Part shown: positions 19,304-31,032 of the stretch, piece after piece
Layout of the letters: the number at the start of each line of letters is the position of its first letter
How positions within the stretch are numbered: the stretch's first letter is position 1
Source: a bacterium
GTDB taxonomy: Bacteria > UBA8248
Assembly: GCA_965204535.1 (NCBI GenBank)
Contig: OZ241996.1
Span: 992,001 to 1,056,000, forward strand
Length of the DNA: 64,000 nucleotides
Reading direction: 5' to 3'
Notes under the pieces: generated by a model
Told to the model about the DNA's origin: nothing
The model's database searches: none
Seen by the model: only the letters and a program-made list of their open reading frames with translations
Program-made: the position numbers and the translations under genes

Positions 19304-20173
19304 ATGTCCGTTCTTTTCGTGTTCGTGGACGGCTTGGGAATTGCCCCGCCTTCACCGGGAAATCCACTCTCCCGCGTGAGGGAACCTCCGCTGGGGCTTT
19401 TGTGTGGAAACGCGGCGCCGGGTTTCCGCCTCATCGAGGCGGACGCCTGCCTCGGCGTCGAGGGTATCCCCCAGAGCGCAACGGGCGGCACGGCCTTGTT
19501 CACGGGCGTGAACGCGCCCAAGGCGGTGGGCAGGCACGTCCAGGCCCTTCCGAATACGCAACTACGCCGCATCATCTGCCGAAACGGACTCTTGCGGCGC
19601 GCACGCGAGAGGGGCGCCGGCGTCGGGTTCGCCAACACGTATACGCCTCGTTTTTTCATGCGCCGCAGAAACCGCATCCGCTCGGTGACCACGGTGATGG
19701 CCGAGAGCGCGGGAATGCGGCTGAACCGCCTCGAGGATCTCATCGAGGGAAGGGCCGTTTATCGCGACTACACGAACAAGATAATCGTCGAGCAAGGCCA
19801 TGATGTCGCGACGTTGGACCCCGAGGAGGCGGGCGAACGCCTCGGAAAGCTGGCGCGAACCAAGGATTTACTGGTCTATGAGTTTTTCCAGACCGATCAC
19901 GTCGGACACCGCGGAACCACCGAGGAGGCAGTTGAGGTTCTGGCGAATTTGAACCGTTTCCTGCAGGCTGCGCTCCGGCACATCGACCCGGATAAAGATA
20001 CGTTCGTTCTGAGCAGCGACCACGGCAACGTGGAGGATATGGAAACCTCCGCGCACACCAGAAATCCCGTACCCGTATTGTTCTACGGGAAGGGTGCGGA
20101 CACCTTGCTGTCGGATGCCGTGAATCCGAGCATCTGCCATGTAACGCCCCTGATTCTCAGCATGATTTCGTAA
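19304..20173 (+). CDS. Alkaline-phosphatase superfamily metalloenzyme (phosphoglycerate mutase-like)
   Basis: FVDGLG, PQSATG, TDHVGH, SDHGNVED, HTRNPVP. Confidence 0.8.
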   Translation: MSVLFVFVDGLGIAPPSPGNPLSRVREPPLGLLCGNAAPGFRLIEADACLGVEGIPQSATGGTALFTGVNAPKAVGRHVQALPNTQLRRIICRNGLLRRARERGAGVGFANTYTPRFFMRRRNRIRSVTTVMAESAGMRLNRLEDLIEGRAVYRDYTNKIIVEQGHDVATLDPEEAGERLGKLARTKDLLVYEFFQTDHVGHRGTTEEAVEVLANLNRFLQAALRHIDPDKDTFVLSSDHGNVEDMETSAHTRNPVPVLFYGKGADTLLSDAVNPSICHVTPLILSMIS

Positions 20174-20323
20174 ATTTTTCTCAAAGATTGCCTGCTGCGC
20201 CACTCAAGGAGGGTGTCCGCCCCGAAAGAGGCGGCTCCCGCTTTTCAAACATTGACTTTCGACCCGGTTATGAAATAGACTCGATCCGCATAATTCGGGT
20301 CGTTTTTGTAATATTTTGGCGAA

Positions 20324-21562
20324 ATGGGGCGCAGGATGGAGAATCTCGACCCGACACTGATGGCGCGAATCCAAAAAGACGGCGTAGGGCCCTTCTTGCG
20401 ATCTGCGCGTGAGAAAAAAGGCGTACCTCTCCGCGCGATCTCCGAGCACACCCGAATCCGAACATACTATCTGGAAAGTATTGAAAACGGCGATTTCGAT
20501 AAATTGCCGACCGGACCGGTCGGTCTGGGCTTCGTTCGCGCTTTTGCGGATGCGGTGGAGGTGGACTGCCAGGCCGTCGCCGCGAGCTATAAGCGCGAAA
20601 CGGCGGGCGAGGTTCCATTGGAGGGATTTGGGCTGGAGACCGAGACCCGAACCTTCTACAGCCCCGCTTCCCGGGTGAATCGATTCTCATCCGTTGCCAC
20701 CTTTGCTTTCGTGTTGATTTTTCTGCTCGCCGGCGGGGGGCTCCTCTGGTTCATGAAAGGGAGGACGGAGCAGCTTGTTCCGGTTGAATCGATTGTCGGC
20801 AGAATCAAGACCGCTGTTGCGCCCGTGGCGGAGAAGATCCCCGGCCTCAATGAAAAAGCAAAGGATGAAAATGGAACGGGGAAAGAAACCGCCGTTATCG
20901 AGAAGGAGGCTTCCGAGCAGGAGCGCTCTCCCGTCGAGGCCGTGAACTTGAAGGAGCCTCCGGTTTCAGAGGAGGAAAAACCTTCTCCGGCTGTGGAGAA
21001 GCCTCCGGCTCAAGATGGTCTCCCGGTTCAGGAGAATTCTGTGGCTGAACAGACTCCTACCGATCGAGAAGACCCACCGGCCCGGGCGCAGGAAAGTCCC
21101 CCGGTTCAAGCGAGCGTCCAGCTTCAAGAGACTCCCCGGGTTCGTGATAACCCGCCGCCTCCGGAGAATCCGCCGGTTTCGGGAACCCCGCCGGTTCAGG
21201 CGAACCCTCCGGCCGAGAAGGAAGTCGCCCTCAACACGGCGCCGCAGGCTCAAGACACGCCCCAGGAGGAGCAGCCCTCGGCGGCTCCGGCGCCGGCGAC
21301 TCCCGGGGAGCCTCCCCTGACACTCAGGATTTTTGCGGCGGAAGACACGTGGCTTCGAATCGTGGTCGATGCGAAAAATACGGAAGAACTCCTTTTGCTG
21401 GCGGGCAACGAGAAAGATTGGAAGGCGTCGGAAAAATTCGCCCTTACGGTGGGCAACGTGGCGGGAACCCAGGTATCCTTGAACGGTGCGGAGGTCGCGT
21501 TGCCCCAAAATACTTCCAACGTGCTCAGGGATTTCGTCCTTACCAGGAATTCTTTGAATTAA
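20324..21562 (+). CDS. rodZ: RodZ-like cytoskeleton protein (HTH, TM helix, Pro-rich linker, C-terminal DUF4115-like domain)
   Basis: LRSAREKKG..L..IS..TRI...YLESIENG HTH; one TM helix; TWLRIVVD..VGNVAG C-domain. Confidence 0.8.
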   Translation: MGRRMENLDPTLMARIQKDGVGPFLRSAREKKGVPLRAISEHTRIRTYYLESIENGDFDKLPTGPVGLGFVRAFADAVEVDCQAVAASYKRETAGEVPLEGFGLETETRTFYSPASRVNRFSSVATFAFVLIFLLAGGGLLWFMKGRTEQLVPVESIVGRIKTAVAPVAEKIPGLNEKAKDENGTGKETAVIEKEASEQERSPVEAVNLKEPPVSEEEKPSPAVEKPPAQDGLPVQENSVAEQTPTDREDPPARAQESPPVQASVQLQETPRVRDNPPPPENPPVSGTPPVQANPPAEKEVALNTAPQAQDTPQEEQPSAAPAPATPGEPPLTLRIFAAEDTWLRIVVDAKNTEELLLLAGNEKDWKASEKFALTVGNVAGTQVSLNGAEVALPQNTSNVLRDFVLTRNSLN

Positions 21563-21653
21563 GGGTTTATCTGAAAGTTTACATGCCGTATGTGACGCTC
21601 CGACTCATTGCATCGCCTCATGCGCATCGAGCAGAGACCAGAAATTTCACATC

Positions 21654-24600
21654 ATGAATAAATCCTTTTTATCGCTTCGGGGTCTCGACGGGGTCAGGCG
21701 GGTTCACTTGCGCGGCGCGAACGATGCGTCGGTCGCCTGGTGGCTGGCCAGGATTGCGCGCGAACACCCCGGACCCGTCGTTTACGTCGAGGAGGAGCAG
21801 CGACGCCTCGAAGTGATCAAAGCGAACATGAAGCTGTTCCTCGGCGCCTCGGGGGAGCGGAATGCGCCGGTACTGGGTTTCCCGGCATGGGACGTGTATC
21901 CCTTCTCCCGGTTGTCTCCATCGAGTGAAATCGTCGGCGAGAGGATGTCCGCGCTGCGGTTTTTGCGCGACGGAGGACAAGGCGTCGTACTGACGAGCGT
22001 ATCGGCCATGGGGACGAGGGTGCCTCCGCCCGAGCGTTTGAGCGCCGCCGTGATTCACTTGCGCGAAGGGATGGAGATTGAGCGCGACCCGTTCATCGGC
22101 TCACTCGAATCGCTGATGTACCAAAGGCGGTCGGTGGTCGAATCCCCCGGAGAATATACCGTAAGGGGCGGTATTCTGGACTTTTTCTCCCCCCAGAACG
22201 CATACCCGACGCGTCTGGAGCTTCGCGGGGACGAAATCGATTCCCTGCGAAACTTCAATCCCCAGACGCAGCGAAATCTGAACACCCTGCAGAGTGCGGA
22301 CGTTTTTCCATCGAGAGAGATTGTTCTCTCGCCCGAGGAGGTGGAGAGGGGCCGCCGCGCCCTTTTGGAAGCCGATACGCCGGAAACGAGCGAACGGGTC
22401 GAGCGCCTTCTCGAATACCTGGATGCGGACGGCCATTTTTCGGGGGTGGAGGGTCTCGCGCCCATGTTCTTGTCCGACATGACGACCTTGTTCGACGTGG
22501 CGCCCGGGAGCGCGCTCTGGATTGTGAACGAAGCGGAAAACCTCGACGAAGCGATCGAGAAGCTGTGGGGCGAAGTGAACGAGGAGGCGCGTCTCGCGCC
22601 CGAGAGGGGTCTCGTTTCCTTCGTGCCCGAGCGTTTGTGGCTCGCGCCCGAGGAAATTCGCGAGGAACTCTCCATCTGGCCGCGTCTGGAGTTCCATTCG
22701 CTGGGGCTCGACGCCAAAGATGCCGAAGAGAGTTTCGGGGCCTTGCGCGCGGAAAACATCAACCCTTTCCGGGGGCGGGTGGAGGCGTTCGTCGGTCAAC
22801 TGCGTTCGTGGCGTCGGGGGGATGAAAGCGTCGTCATCGTGGCGGAGGAGAAGACCCTCGCGCTCAGGATACAGGCGCTTTTGCGCGAGCATGAGGTGGG
22901 CGTGGAAATTTTGCCCCGGGGCGCCTCGCTCATGGATGGGCGTCACGACGTCGTGCTGGCGGAGGGGAAACTCGGCGCCGGCTTCCGGCTGCCCGATGAG
23001 CGCAGGGTGTTCTTTCGCGCGCAGGACCTGCTCGTCGGCGCTTTGGGGCGGGATTCGCGCCGTCTCCCCCGGTCGAAGCCCGGCGAGGGGTTCAAGGATT
23101 TGAGCGAAAACGACCTCGTGGTGCACGTGGAGCACGGGGTCGGCCGCTACATGGGCACGCGCGTCATCGAGCACCGCGACGGGGAGAACGAATTTCTCAC
23201 CCTCCAGTATGCGGGGGGCGACAAGCTCTATGTCCCGATGGACGACGTCGAACGGATCCACAAATATCGCGGAGGGGGAGTGGCGCCGCCGCTCGACAGA
23301 TTGGGCGGGAACCGGTGGAACAAGACGAAGAACAACGTCAAGAAATCGCTCCAGGGGATCGCTCGCGATCTGGTGCGGCTGTATTCGGAGCGGAGCGCCG
23401 CCCGGGGGTATGCTTTTTCGGCGGAAGGCGCGTTCGATCATGAAATATCCGCCGGCTTCGGGTTCGAGGAGACGCCCGATCAGGAGCAGGCGATTCGCGC
23501 CGTGCTGGAGGATATGGAGCGCGCCCGACCGATGGATCGCCTCATCTGCGGGGACGTCGGCTACGGAAAGACGGAGGTGGCGCTCAGGGCTGCCGCCCGG
23601 GCGATTTCGGCGGGCAAGCAAGTCGCCGTCATCGTGCCGACGACGCTCCTGGCGCACCAGCATTGGGACACCTTTCGCACGCGCTTCGAATCGCTGCCGG
23701 CCCGCGTGGAGATGCTCTCGCGCTTCAGGAGCAGAAAAGAGCAGACTGAAGTTGTGGAGGGGCTCTCCGCCGGGCGGGTGGACATCGTCATCGGCACCCA
23801 CCGGATGTTGCAAAAAGACGTGTCGTTCCGCGATCTGGGGCTTTTGGTCATCGACGAAGAGCATCGTTTCGGCGTCTCCCACAAGGAGAAGCTCAAGAAA
23901 CTCCGCGTCAACGTGGACGTTCTCACGCTCACCGCCACGCCTATCCCCCGGACCCTGGAGATGGCGCTCTCGGGCACTCGCGATTTGAGCGTCATCGAGA
24001 CGCCTCCGCGCCACCGGGTCGCGCCGCGCACGTATATATCGCGTTTCAGCGAAAAACTCATCAAAGACGCCGTCACCAAGGAAATCGACCGGGGCGGGCA
24101 GGTGTTTTTCGTGCACAACCGGGTGCAGAGCCTCCCCGCCATGCAGCGGCTTCTGCGGAAACTCGCGCCCGACGCGCGCGTCCTGGTGGGTCACGGCCAG
24201 ATGAAAGAGAGAGAACTCGAAGACGTGATGGAGCAGTTCGTGACCCGGCGGGCCGACGTGCTGCTTTGCACCACGATCATCGAAAGCGGACTCGACATTC
24301 CCTCGGTCAACACCATCGTCATCAATCGCGCGGACACGTTCGGCATGGCGCAGCTGTACCAGTTGCGCGGCCGGGTGGGGCGCGACAGGTTCCAGGCGCA
24401 CGCCTACCTTCTGGTCTCGGGCGCAGGCTCCCTGACGAAGCAGGCCAGAGAACGCCTCCAGGCGCTCGAGGAGTTGAGCGAACTGGGGGCCGGCTTCAAG
24501 CTCGCCATGCGCGATCTGGAAATCCGCGGCGCAGGGCACTTGCTCGGGCATCGCCAGTCGGGGCAGATATCGGCCGTGGGGTTCGACATGTACTGCCGCC

Positions 24601-25106
24601 TCTTGGAAGAAGTCGTGCAGGAGGCCAAGGGCGAGACGGTCGAGCGCAGCGAACCCGATATCGCCGCGCCGGTGGCGGGCACGCTGCCTCCTTCCTGGAT
24701 TCCGGCCCAGGCCGAGCGCCTGGACGTATATCGCCGAATCGCATCGGCGCAGGCGCCGGCCGAGTTGAGGGAGTTGGGCGTGGAGCTCCAGGATAAATAC
24801 GGAGCAATGCCGGCGCGGGCCCTCCACCTTCTGCAACTCGGGGAACTCCGCTTGCGCGCCCGCCTTTGCGGCATCAAGTCTCTCCACGTCCGCGGCAAGG
24901 AGGCGCATCTGGAAATTTTCCCGGGCGACTATGAGTTGACGGCCGCCTTTCTCGACATGCCGGGAATGGTGTTTACCGACGCCCACGCTTTTCGCGCCGG
25001 CATCAGCGGGCGCTGGCCGGAGGATTTTGACTTTCTCGTTCAAGTGCTGGATGCTTTGGAAGTGTGCAAGGTACCGGAAGGCGAGTTGGCGGCGAAAGAG
25101 GCATGA
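21654..25106 (+). CDS. mfd: Transcription-repair coupling factor
   Basis: RGGILD, VHVEHGVGRY, CGDVGYGKTEVA, IDEEHRFGV, QLRGRVGR, DLEIRGAG. Confidence 0.97.
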   Translation: MNKSFLSLRGLDGVRRVHLRGANDASVAWWLARIAREHPGPVVYVEEEQRRLEVIKANMKLFLGASGERNAPVLGFPAWDVYPFSRLSPSSEIVGERMSALRFLRDGGQGVVLTSVSAMGTRVPPPERLSAAVIHLREGMEIERDPFIGSLESLMYQRRSVVESPGEYTVRGGILDFFSPQNAYPTRLELRGDEIDSLRNFNPQTQRNLNTLQSADVFPSREIVLSPEEVERGRRALLEADTPETSERVERLLEYLDADGHFSGVEGLAPMFLSDMTTLFDVAPGSALWIVNEAENLDEAIEKLWGEVNEEARLAPERGLVSFVPERLWLAPEEIREELSIWPRLEFHSLGLDAKDAEESFGALRAENINPFRGRVEAFVGQLRSWRRGDESVVIVAEEKTLALRIQALLREHEVGVEILPRGASLMDGRHDVVLAEGKLGAGFRLPDERRVFFRAQDLLVGALGRDSRRLPRSKPGEGFKDLSENDLVVHVEHGVGRYMGTRVIEHRDGENEFLTLQYAGGDKLYVPMDDVERIHKYRGGGVAPPLDRLGGNRWNKTKNNVKKSLQGIARDLVRLYSERSAARGYAFSAEGAFDHEISAGFGFEETPDQEQAIRAVLEDMERARPMDRLICGDVGYGKTEVALRAAARAISAGKQVAVIVPTTLLAHQHWDTFRTRFESLPARVEMLSRFRSRKEQTEVVEGLSAGRVDIVIGTHRMLQKDVSFRDLGLLVIDEEHRFGVSHKEKLKKLRVNVDVLTLTATPIPRTLEMALSGTRDLSVIETPPRHRVAPRTYISRFSEKLIKDAVTKEIDRGGQVFFVHNRVQSLPAMQRLLRKLAPDARVLVGHGQMKERELEDVMEQFVTRRADVLLCTTIIESGLDIPSVNTIVINRADTFGMAQLYQLRGRVGRDRFQAHAYLLVSGAGSLTKQARERLQALEELSELGAGFKLAMRDLEIRGAGHLLGHRQSGQISAVGFDMYCRLLEEVVQEAKGETVERSEPDIAAPVAGTLPPSWIPAQAERLDVYRRIASAQAPAELRELGVELQDKYGAMPARALHLLQLGELRLRARLCGIKSLHVRGKEAHLEIFPGDYELTAAFLDMPGMVFTDAHAFRAGISGRWPEDFDFLVQVLDALEVCKVPEGELAAKEA

Positions 25107-25116
25107 GGCTCTCATC

Positions 25117-26100
25117 ATGGGAAATGTGAGGCGTGCGCGGCGTCTGGTTCGAGGCGGCCTGACCCGGGGGGCGTGGATTTGCGGGGTGGCGCTGCTCGTC
25201 GCGGCGGGTTGTGATTCCGCGTTTCAGACGAAACATGAGAAAAAAGACGTCCTGCTCGCGCAGGTGAACGGCGAGCCGATTACCCGCGAGGACGTGCGCA
25301 CGCATTTCATGGTGGGCGGGCATCACGAAACGCCCCGCAAGGCCGAAAAATCCATACCCAGGGTCCTCCTGGATCAACTCGTGGAAAGGCGTCTCTTGCT
25401 CCAGCGTTTCCGGGAGACGGGCGAATATGTAAGCGAGGGGAAGGTGAGGCGTTTCGTCGAATTCATCCGCCGCCAGTACGGCGATCAGGATTTGAAGACC
25501 ATCATGAAAGAACAGGGGATCGACGAGGAGTTGTGGCTCAAGACGATGCGCGAGACGCTCGAGATTGAGCACCTGCTGGAAAGGGAAGTGTATTCGAAGT
25601 TGAAGGTCTCGGATTCGGAGATTGAAGATTATTACAACCGCAACAAGGGGAAATTCCGGGTTGGAAGACGCTGGCGGGTTCGCCAAATCGTCGTCTCTTC
25701 GACTAAAATAGCTTTGCGGTTGAGGAACCTTATCCTCGAGGGGAAATCGTTCGCGGCGCTTGCGCAGGAACATTCCATTGGTCCCTCGCGCGCCGTGGGC
25801 GGCGATTTGGGTTATTTCCAGCAAGGAGAATTGCCCGAAAACATCGAGAATGTGGTGGAATCGCTGGAGCTGGGCGAGGTGAGCCGGGTCGTCAAGAGTC
25901 CGGCGGGCTTCCACCTCCTGGAGGTATCGGAGCGGAGGTTGCCGTTCCAGAAACCATTGGCGTCCGTGAGGGGCGACATCAGAAAACGCTTGCTGGCCGA
26001 TAAGGGGCGAGCGAAACTCGAGGGCTGGCTCGGAGAACTCAAGCGAAATGCGAAGATCACATACTATCTGGAAAATCTTGAAAATGTCGTATCGGGCTAG
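25117..26100 (+). CDS. PpiC/parvulin-type peptidyl-prolyl isomerase, probable lipoprotein
   Basis: LVAAGC lipobox, AQVNGEPIT, FAALAQEHS..GGDLG, SPAGFHL. Confidence 0.85.
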   Translation: MGNVRRARRLVRGGLTRGAWICGVALLVAAGCDSAFQTKHEKKDVLLAQVNGEPITREDVRTHFMVGGHHETPRKAEKSIPRVLLDQLVERRLLLQRFRETGEYVSEGKVRRFVEFIRRQYGDQDLKTIMKEQGIDEELWLKTMRETLEIEHLLEREVYSKLKVSDSEIEDYYNRNKGKFRVGRRWRVRQIVVSSTKIALRLRNLILEGKSFAALAQEHSIGPSRAVGGDLGYFQQGELPENIENVVESLELGEVSRVVKSPAGFHLLEVSERRLPFQKPLASVRGDIRKRLLADKGRAKLEGWLGELKRNAKITYYLENLENVVSG

Positions 26101-27571
26101 ATGTTTTTGCGTTTTGGCGATTGCGTTTTGCGCCCTGGCGGGCGCGGCGGTTCCGGTGACCTCCGCCTCCGTGACGATCGAGAGAATCATCGCGAAGATT
26201 GACGATGACATCATCATGCTCTCGGAGCTTCAGGATTTCGTGAAGCCCAGAATCGAGAAGTTGCGGCAGAATTACAGGGGCGAACAATTGAACCGGCGGA
26301 TCCGCGAGCTCGAACTCGCGGCGCTCGACACCATGATCCAGAGCAAACTCATCGCGAAGCGCGCCTCTGGTCTCGAGTTGAACGTCAGCGAAAAGGAAAT
26401 CGAAAACGCAATTGCGGGCATACTTCGCGAGAACAAGACGACGACGGCCGGGTTGCGCGCTTTCCTGGAGTCGCAGGGAATGACGATGGAGCAATACCGC
26501 GACGAGCTTCGCAAGAAGTTGCTGGCGCGAAGAGTGGAGAACATGGAAGTCGGCGGGCGCGTCTCGGTGTTGGAGCAGGAAATCGCGGATTATTACGACG
26601 CGCATTCCGATGACTACCGCGAGGCCGAGAAGCGGACGGTGCGGCAGATTTTCTTTCCCGTAGACAAGGGCGCCTCCGCCTCTGAAATCGAGGCGCAGCG
26701 CAAAAAGGCGGACCTCGCTTATGCGGAAGCCGCGAAGCCGGGTGCTGATTTCGCCGAAGTGGCGGAGAAGCATTCAGAAGGCCCCGCCCGGAGCCGGGGC
26801 GGCTCGCTGGGTTCGGTGAAGAAAGGCGAGGTCTTTCCCGAACTCGAGCAACTCATTTTCTCGACGGCGAAGGGTGCGACGAGCAAGCCGACGAGAACGA
26901 GGGTGGGCTTTCACGTCATCCACGTCGATGACGTGGAGCCGGGGAAGGTGATTACCCTCGACAGGGTGTCCGGCAAAATCCGCAGCAAACTCTTCCAGGA
27001 GAAATTCACCAAGAGACGCCGCGAATGGATAACGGACCTCAAAAGAGCCGCTTTTCTCGAAATCAGCTACGACCCCGCTCCTTCCCCCGATGGCTTGTCT
27101 TCCGTGTTCCGGGATGTTCGCGAGCAGATCAGCTTCAGGCTGGTCGGCGTCAAGCTCAAACAAAGCGGCGGCAGGTTGTTCGGGCAGGACAGAATTTTGT
27201 GGGCCTACGGCGCGAACAGGGACAAGCCCCGCTGGAAGTCGGACAAGGTGAAGGTGGGCGAGGGCGCGAGTGTGGGGAAAGACGCCATCAACGCCCTGGA
27301 GGCGGGGCATCGGTTGTTCGTGAATCCCGACCCGTCGGCGAACGTCTATTTGTTCCGTTACGTGTATCTGCTGCCCGACTCCTACATCGGCAAAATCAGC
27401 TTTGCGGACATGCTCAAGGCGTTCTCGGAAGGGTCGAAGGGCGAAGGAGGAAAAGCCGGGTCGAGAACGATGTCCATCGAGACGGACAACAAGGCCGCGC
27501 GGCTCGAGTTCGAGGTGGAGGTTCAGAAGACGCGCAGCATCGTGGCGGATCCGAAAGAAATCACCCAATGA
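26084..27571 (+). CDS. surA: SurA-like chaperone/PPIase with C-terminal extension
   Basis: Signal peptide, IERIIAKIDDDII, FAEVAEKHSE..GGSLG, GFHVI. Confidence 0.8.
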   Translation: MSYRARCFCVLAIAFCALAGAAVPVTSASVTIERIIAKIDDDIIMLSELQDFVKPRIEKLRQNYRGEQLNRRIRELELAALDTMIQSKLIAKRASGLELNVSEKEIENAIAGILRENKTTTAGLRAFLESQGMTMEQYRDELRKKLLARRVENMEVGGRVSVLEQEIADYYDAHSDDYREAEKRTVRQIFFPVDKGASASEIEAQRKKADLAYAEAAKPGADFAEVAEKHSEGPARSRGGSLGSVKKGEVFPELEQLIFSTAKGATSKPTRTRVGFHVIHVDDVEPGKVITLDRVSGKIRSKLFQEKFTKRRREWITDLKRAAFLEISYDPAPSPDGLSSVFRDVREQISFRLVGVKLKQSGGRLFGQDRILWAYGANRDKPRWKSDKVKVGEGASVGKDAINALEAGHRLFVNPDPSANVYLFRYVYLLPDSYIGKISFADMLKAFSEGSKGEGGKAGSRTMSIETDNKAARLEFEVEVQKTRSIVADPKEITQ

Positions 27572-27580
27572 TGACGTAAG

Positions 27581-27895
27581 ATGCGCCTCGACCAGTTTTT
27601 GCGTTATAGCCGTCTGGTCAAGCGCCGTCCCCTGGCCAAGAGCCTGGCGGACGGGGGCGCAGTGGATATCGAGGGGAAAACGGCCAAAGCCTCCTCCCGG
27701 GTGGAAATCGGAGACGTGCTGCGCTTAAGACTCGAGAACAGGACCCTGCGGGTCCGCGTCCTGGGGGAGGCGAGGCGCAATCTGTCGAAAAAAGACGCCT
27801 CCGCCCTGTTCGAGATTCTGGAGGAATCCGCCCCTATCCCCGGTGAAACGGAGGAACGCTCGGGCGCGCCGCTCGATTTTTTGAAGCGCGGCTGA
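27581..27895 (+). CDS. S4 RNA-binding protein (Hsp15/RqcP-like)
   Basis: MRLDQFL..SRLVKRR..AK..A..G.V. Confidence 0.88.
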   Translation: MRLDQFLRYSRLVKRRPLAKSLADGGAVDIEGKTAKASSRVEIGDVLRLRLENRTLRVRVLGEARRNLSKKDASALFEILEESAPIPGETEERSGAPLDFLKRG

Positions 27896-27988
27896 ATTCC
27901 CTCTTGCTCTTTCGCAGAAAGACTGCTAGTTTTATCGAAATTTCCCGGTTGACCTTCGCCGGGCGGAAATGACATGGTGACATAGAAA

Positions 27989-28028
27989 TTCCCCTTTAAT
28001 GTCGTCCCGTGAGGCGGCGAAGGAGGAA
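27989..28028 (+). promoter_or_regulatory. PyrR-binding RNA element (pyr leader)
   Basis: CCUUUAA...GUCCCGUGAGGC...AAGG resembles the PyrR binding loop; directly upstream of pyrR. Confidence 0.8.
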
Positions 28029-28061
28029 ACCCGGATGCTTGCCATCTTCTCGCGCGTTCTC

Positions 28062-28096
28062 AAAACTCCATGCCCCTTGGGCATGGAGTTTTTTTT
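28062..28096 (+). terminator. Intrinsic attenuator terminator of the pyr leader
   Basis: AAAACTCCATGCCC-CTT-GGGCATGGAGTTTTTTTT. Confidence 0.85.
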
Positions 28097-28135
28097 GTGC
28101 TCCGCTCACGCGCCCGGACACCGGATTCGGGCCAG

Positions 28136-28660
28136 ATGATGCAACAACTCGACGCCGAGCAGCTGAGGCGCACCCTGAGGCGCCTTTCGCATGAGATTAT
28201 CGAGCGCACGGCCGATCTGTCGGATCTGGTGTTCATCGGCATCCGCACGAGGGGCGCGCCGCTCGCGGAAAGGCTGGCCCGGGAGCTTCAGTCTCTCGTG
28301 GGCGTGCATCCGCTCGTGGGCGCGCTCGACGTGACGCTCTACCGCGACGATCTGAATCAGGCCGCAGGCGCGAGGACCGGCCTCAAGAAGACGGACCTGC
28401 CCTTCTCCTGCGAGGGGAAAGACGTGGTTCTCGTCGACGATGTGCTCTACACGGGCCGCACGGCGCGCGCCGCCCTGGCCGCGCTCATGGGCTTCGGCCG
28501 GCCCCGCAGGGTGCGTCTTGCCATCCTGGTGGACAGGGGAGGACGCGAACTGCCTATCCGCGCCGATTTCGTGGGGAAGAACATCGAGGCGATCCATCCC
28601 GAGGAGGTGCGGGTGCATCTGGAGGAGACCGACGGCCAGGACGCCGTTTACAAACGATAA
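28136..28660 (+). CDS. pyrR: Pyrimidine regulator/uracil phosphoribosyltransferase PyrR
   Basis: [38 protein letters not shown]. Confidence 0.95.
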   Translation: MMQQLDAEQLRRTLRRLSHEIIERTADLSDLVFIGIRTRGAPLAERLARELQSLVGVHPLVGALDVTLYRDDLNQAAGARTGLKKTDLPFSCEGKDVVLVDDVLYTGRTARAALAALMGFGRPRRVRLAILVDRGGRELPIRADFVGKNIEAIHPEEVRVHLEETDGQDAVYKR

Positions 28661-28697
28661 TCAAGCCCGCAAACCGGGGCGTTACAGGGGGGATGAT

Positions 28698-29709
<1,012 letters not shown>

Positions 29710-29726
<17 letters not shown>

Positions 29727-31032
29727 GGGAGGACGCCTCATCGACCCCGCAGGCGGCGTCGATGAGAAATGCGACATCCTGATCGAGGAGGGGAAGGTCG
29801 CGCACCGGAAAAAGAACATCCTGCCGCGCGGCGGGGATGAGATCATCGACGCCGAGGGGCTCGTCGTAGCACCCGGGTTCATCGACATGCACGTCCATTT
29901 CCGCGAGCCGGGGCAGGAGTACAAGGAAGACATCGAGAGCGGCACCCGCGCCGCCGCCGCGGGCGGCTTCACCGGCGTGGCCTGCATGGCGAACACCGAC
30001 CCGGTCAACGATACGAGTTCCATCACCGAACGCATCTTGAAGCGCGCGCGCGAGGTGGGCGCCTGCCGCGTGTTCCCGGTCGGCTCGGTTTCGGTGGGCC
30101 TCAAGGGCGAAGAACTGAGCGAGATGGCCGAGCAGATGGAGGCGGGCGCGGTGGCCTTCAGCGACGACGGCGTGCCCGTGAAGACGGCGGCGCTCATGCG
30201 CGCGGCCCTGGAATACGCCGGAATGCTCGGCGTGAGCGTGCTCGATCACGCGGAAGACCTCTCGCTCTCGGGGGGGAAGGTGATGAACGAGGGGGCCGTC
30301 TCCACCCTGCTCGGCCTGGCGGGAAACCCGGCGGCGAGCGAGGACATCTGCGTTTACCGCGACATCCGCTTGGCGGAGCTGACCGGCGGCAGGCTCCACA
30401 TCCTGCACATCTCCTCCGCGGGCGCGGTGGACTTGGTCCGCGCGGCGCGGGCGCGCGGGGTCCGCGTGACGGCCGAGGTGACGCCGCACCATTTCGCACT
30501 TACGGACGAGGTGATACAGGGCTTCGACTCAGCCGCCAAGATGGCGCCGCCGCTGCGCGATGAGGCGAACAGGGGGGCGCTGCTGGAGGGACTCAAGGAC
30601 GGCACGATATCCGCTATCGCATCGGATCACGCGCCGCACTACGAGGCGGAGACCCAAAGGGAGTTCGACGCCGTTCCGTTCGGGATCGTGGGGCTGGAGA
30701 CGGCCGTATCGCTCGCGCTGGACAGGCTCGTGGGCGGGGGGGTGCTCACGCTGCCCGAGATGATAGCGAAGTTCACGGCGGGGCCGAGCGAAGTGCTCGG
30801 CCTGCCCTACGGCACGCTGAAAGAGGGCGCTCCGGGGGACGTGACGATTCTCGACCCCGAACGCGAGATCACGGTCGACCCCGACGCCTTCGAGAGCAAC
30901 GGCAGGAACACGCCCTTCGCGGGCTGGAAGCTCAGGGGCTGCGCCGTGGCCACGGTCGTCGGGGGAGACGTGCGGATGAGCAGGCTTGCGGGTGAAACGG
31001 AAATCCGCGGGCAGGAGGCGCTCACCCCATGA
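29710..31032 (+). CDS. pyrC: Dihydroorotase
   Basis: [27 protein letters not shown]. Confidence 0.95.

Noticed and set aside
20930-21320. Pro-rich PPVQA-like repeats in RodZ
   Set aside because: Ordinary low-complexity periplasmic linker
22101-25118. Very long antisense ORFs (1005 aa opposite mfd, 1000 aa opposite carB, 587 aa opposite sucD/ndk, 463 aa opposite uvrA)
   Set aside because: Shadow ORFs expected from high-GC codon bias opposite well-conserved genes; no recognisable motifs
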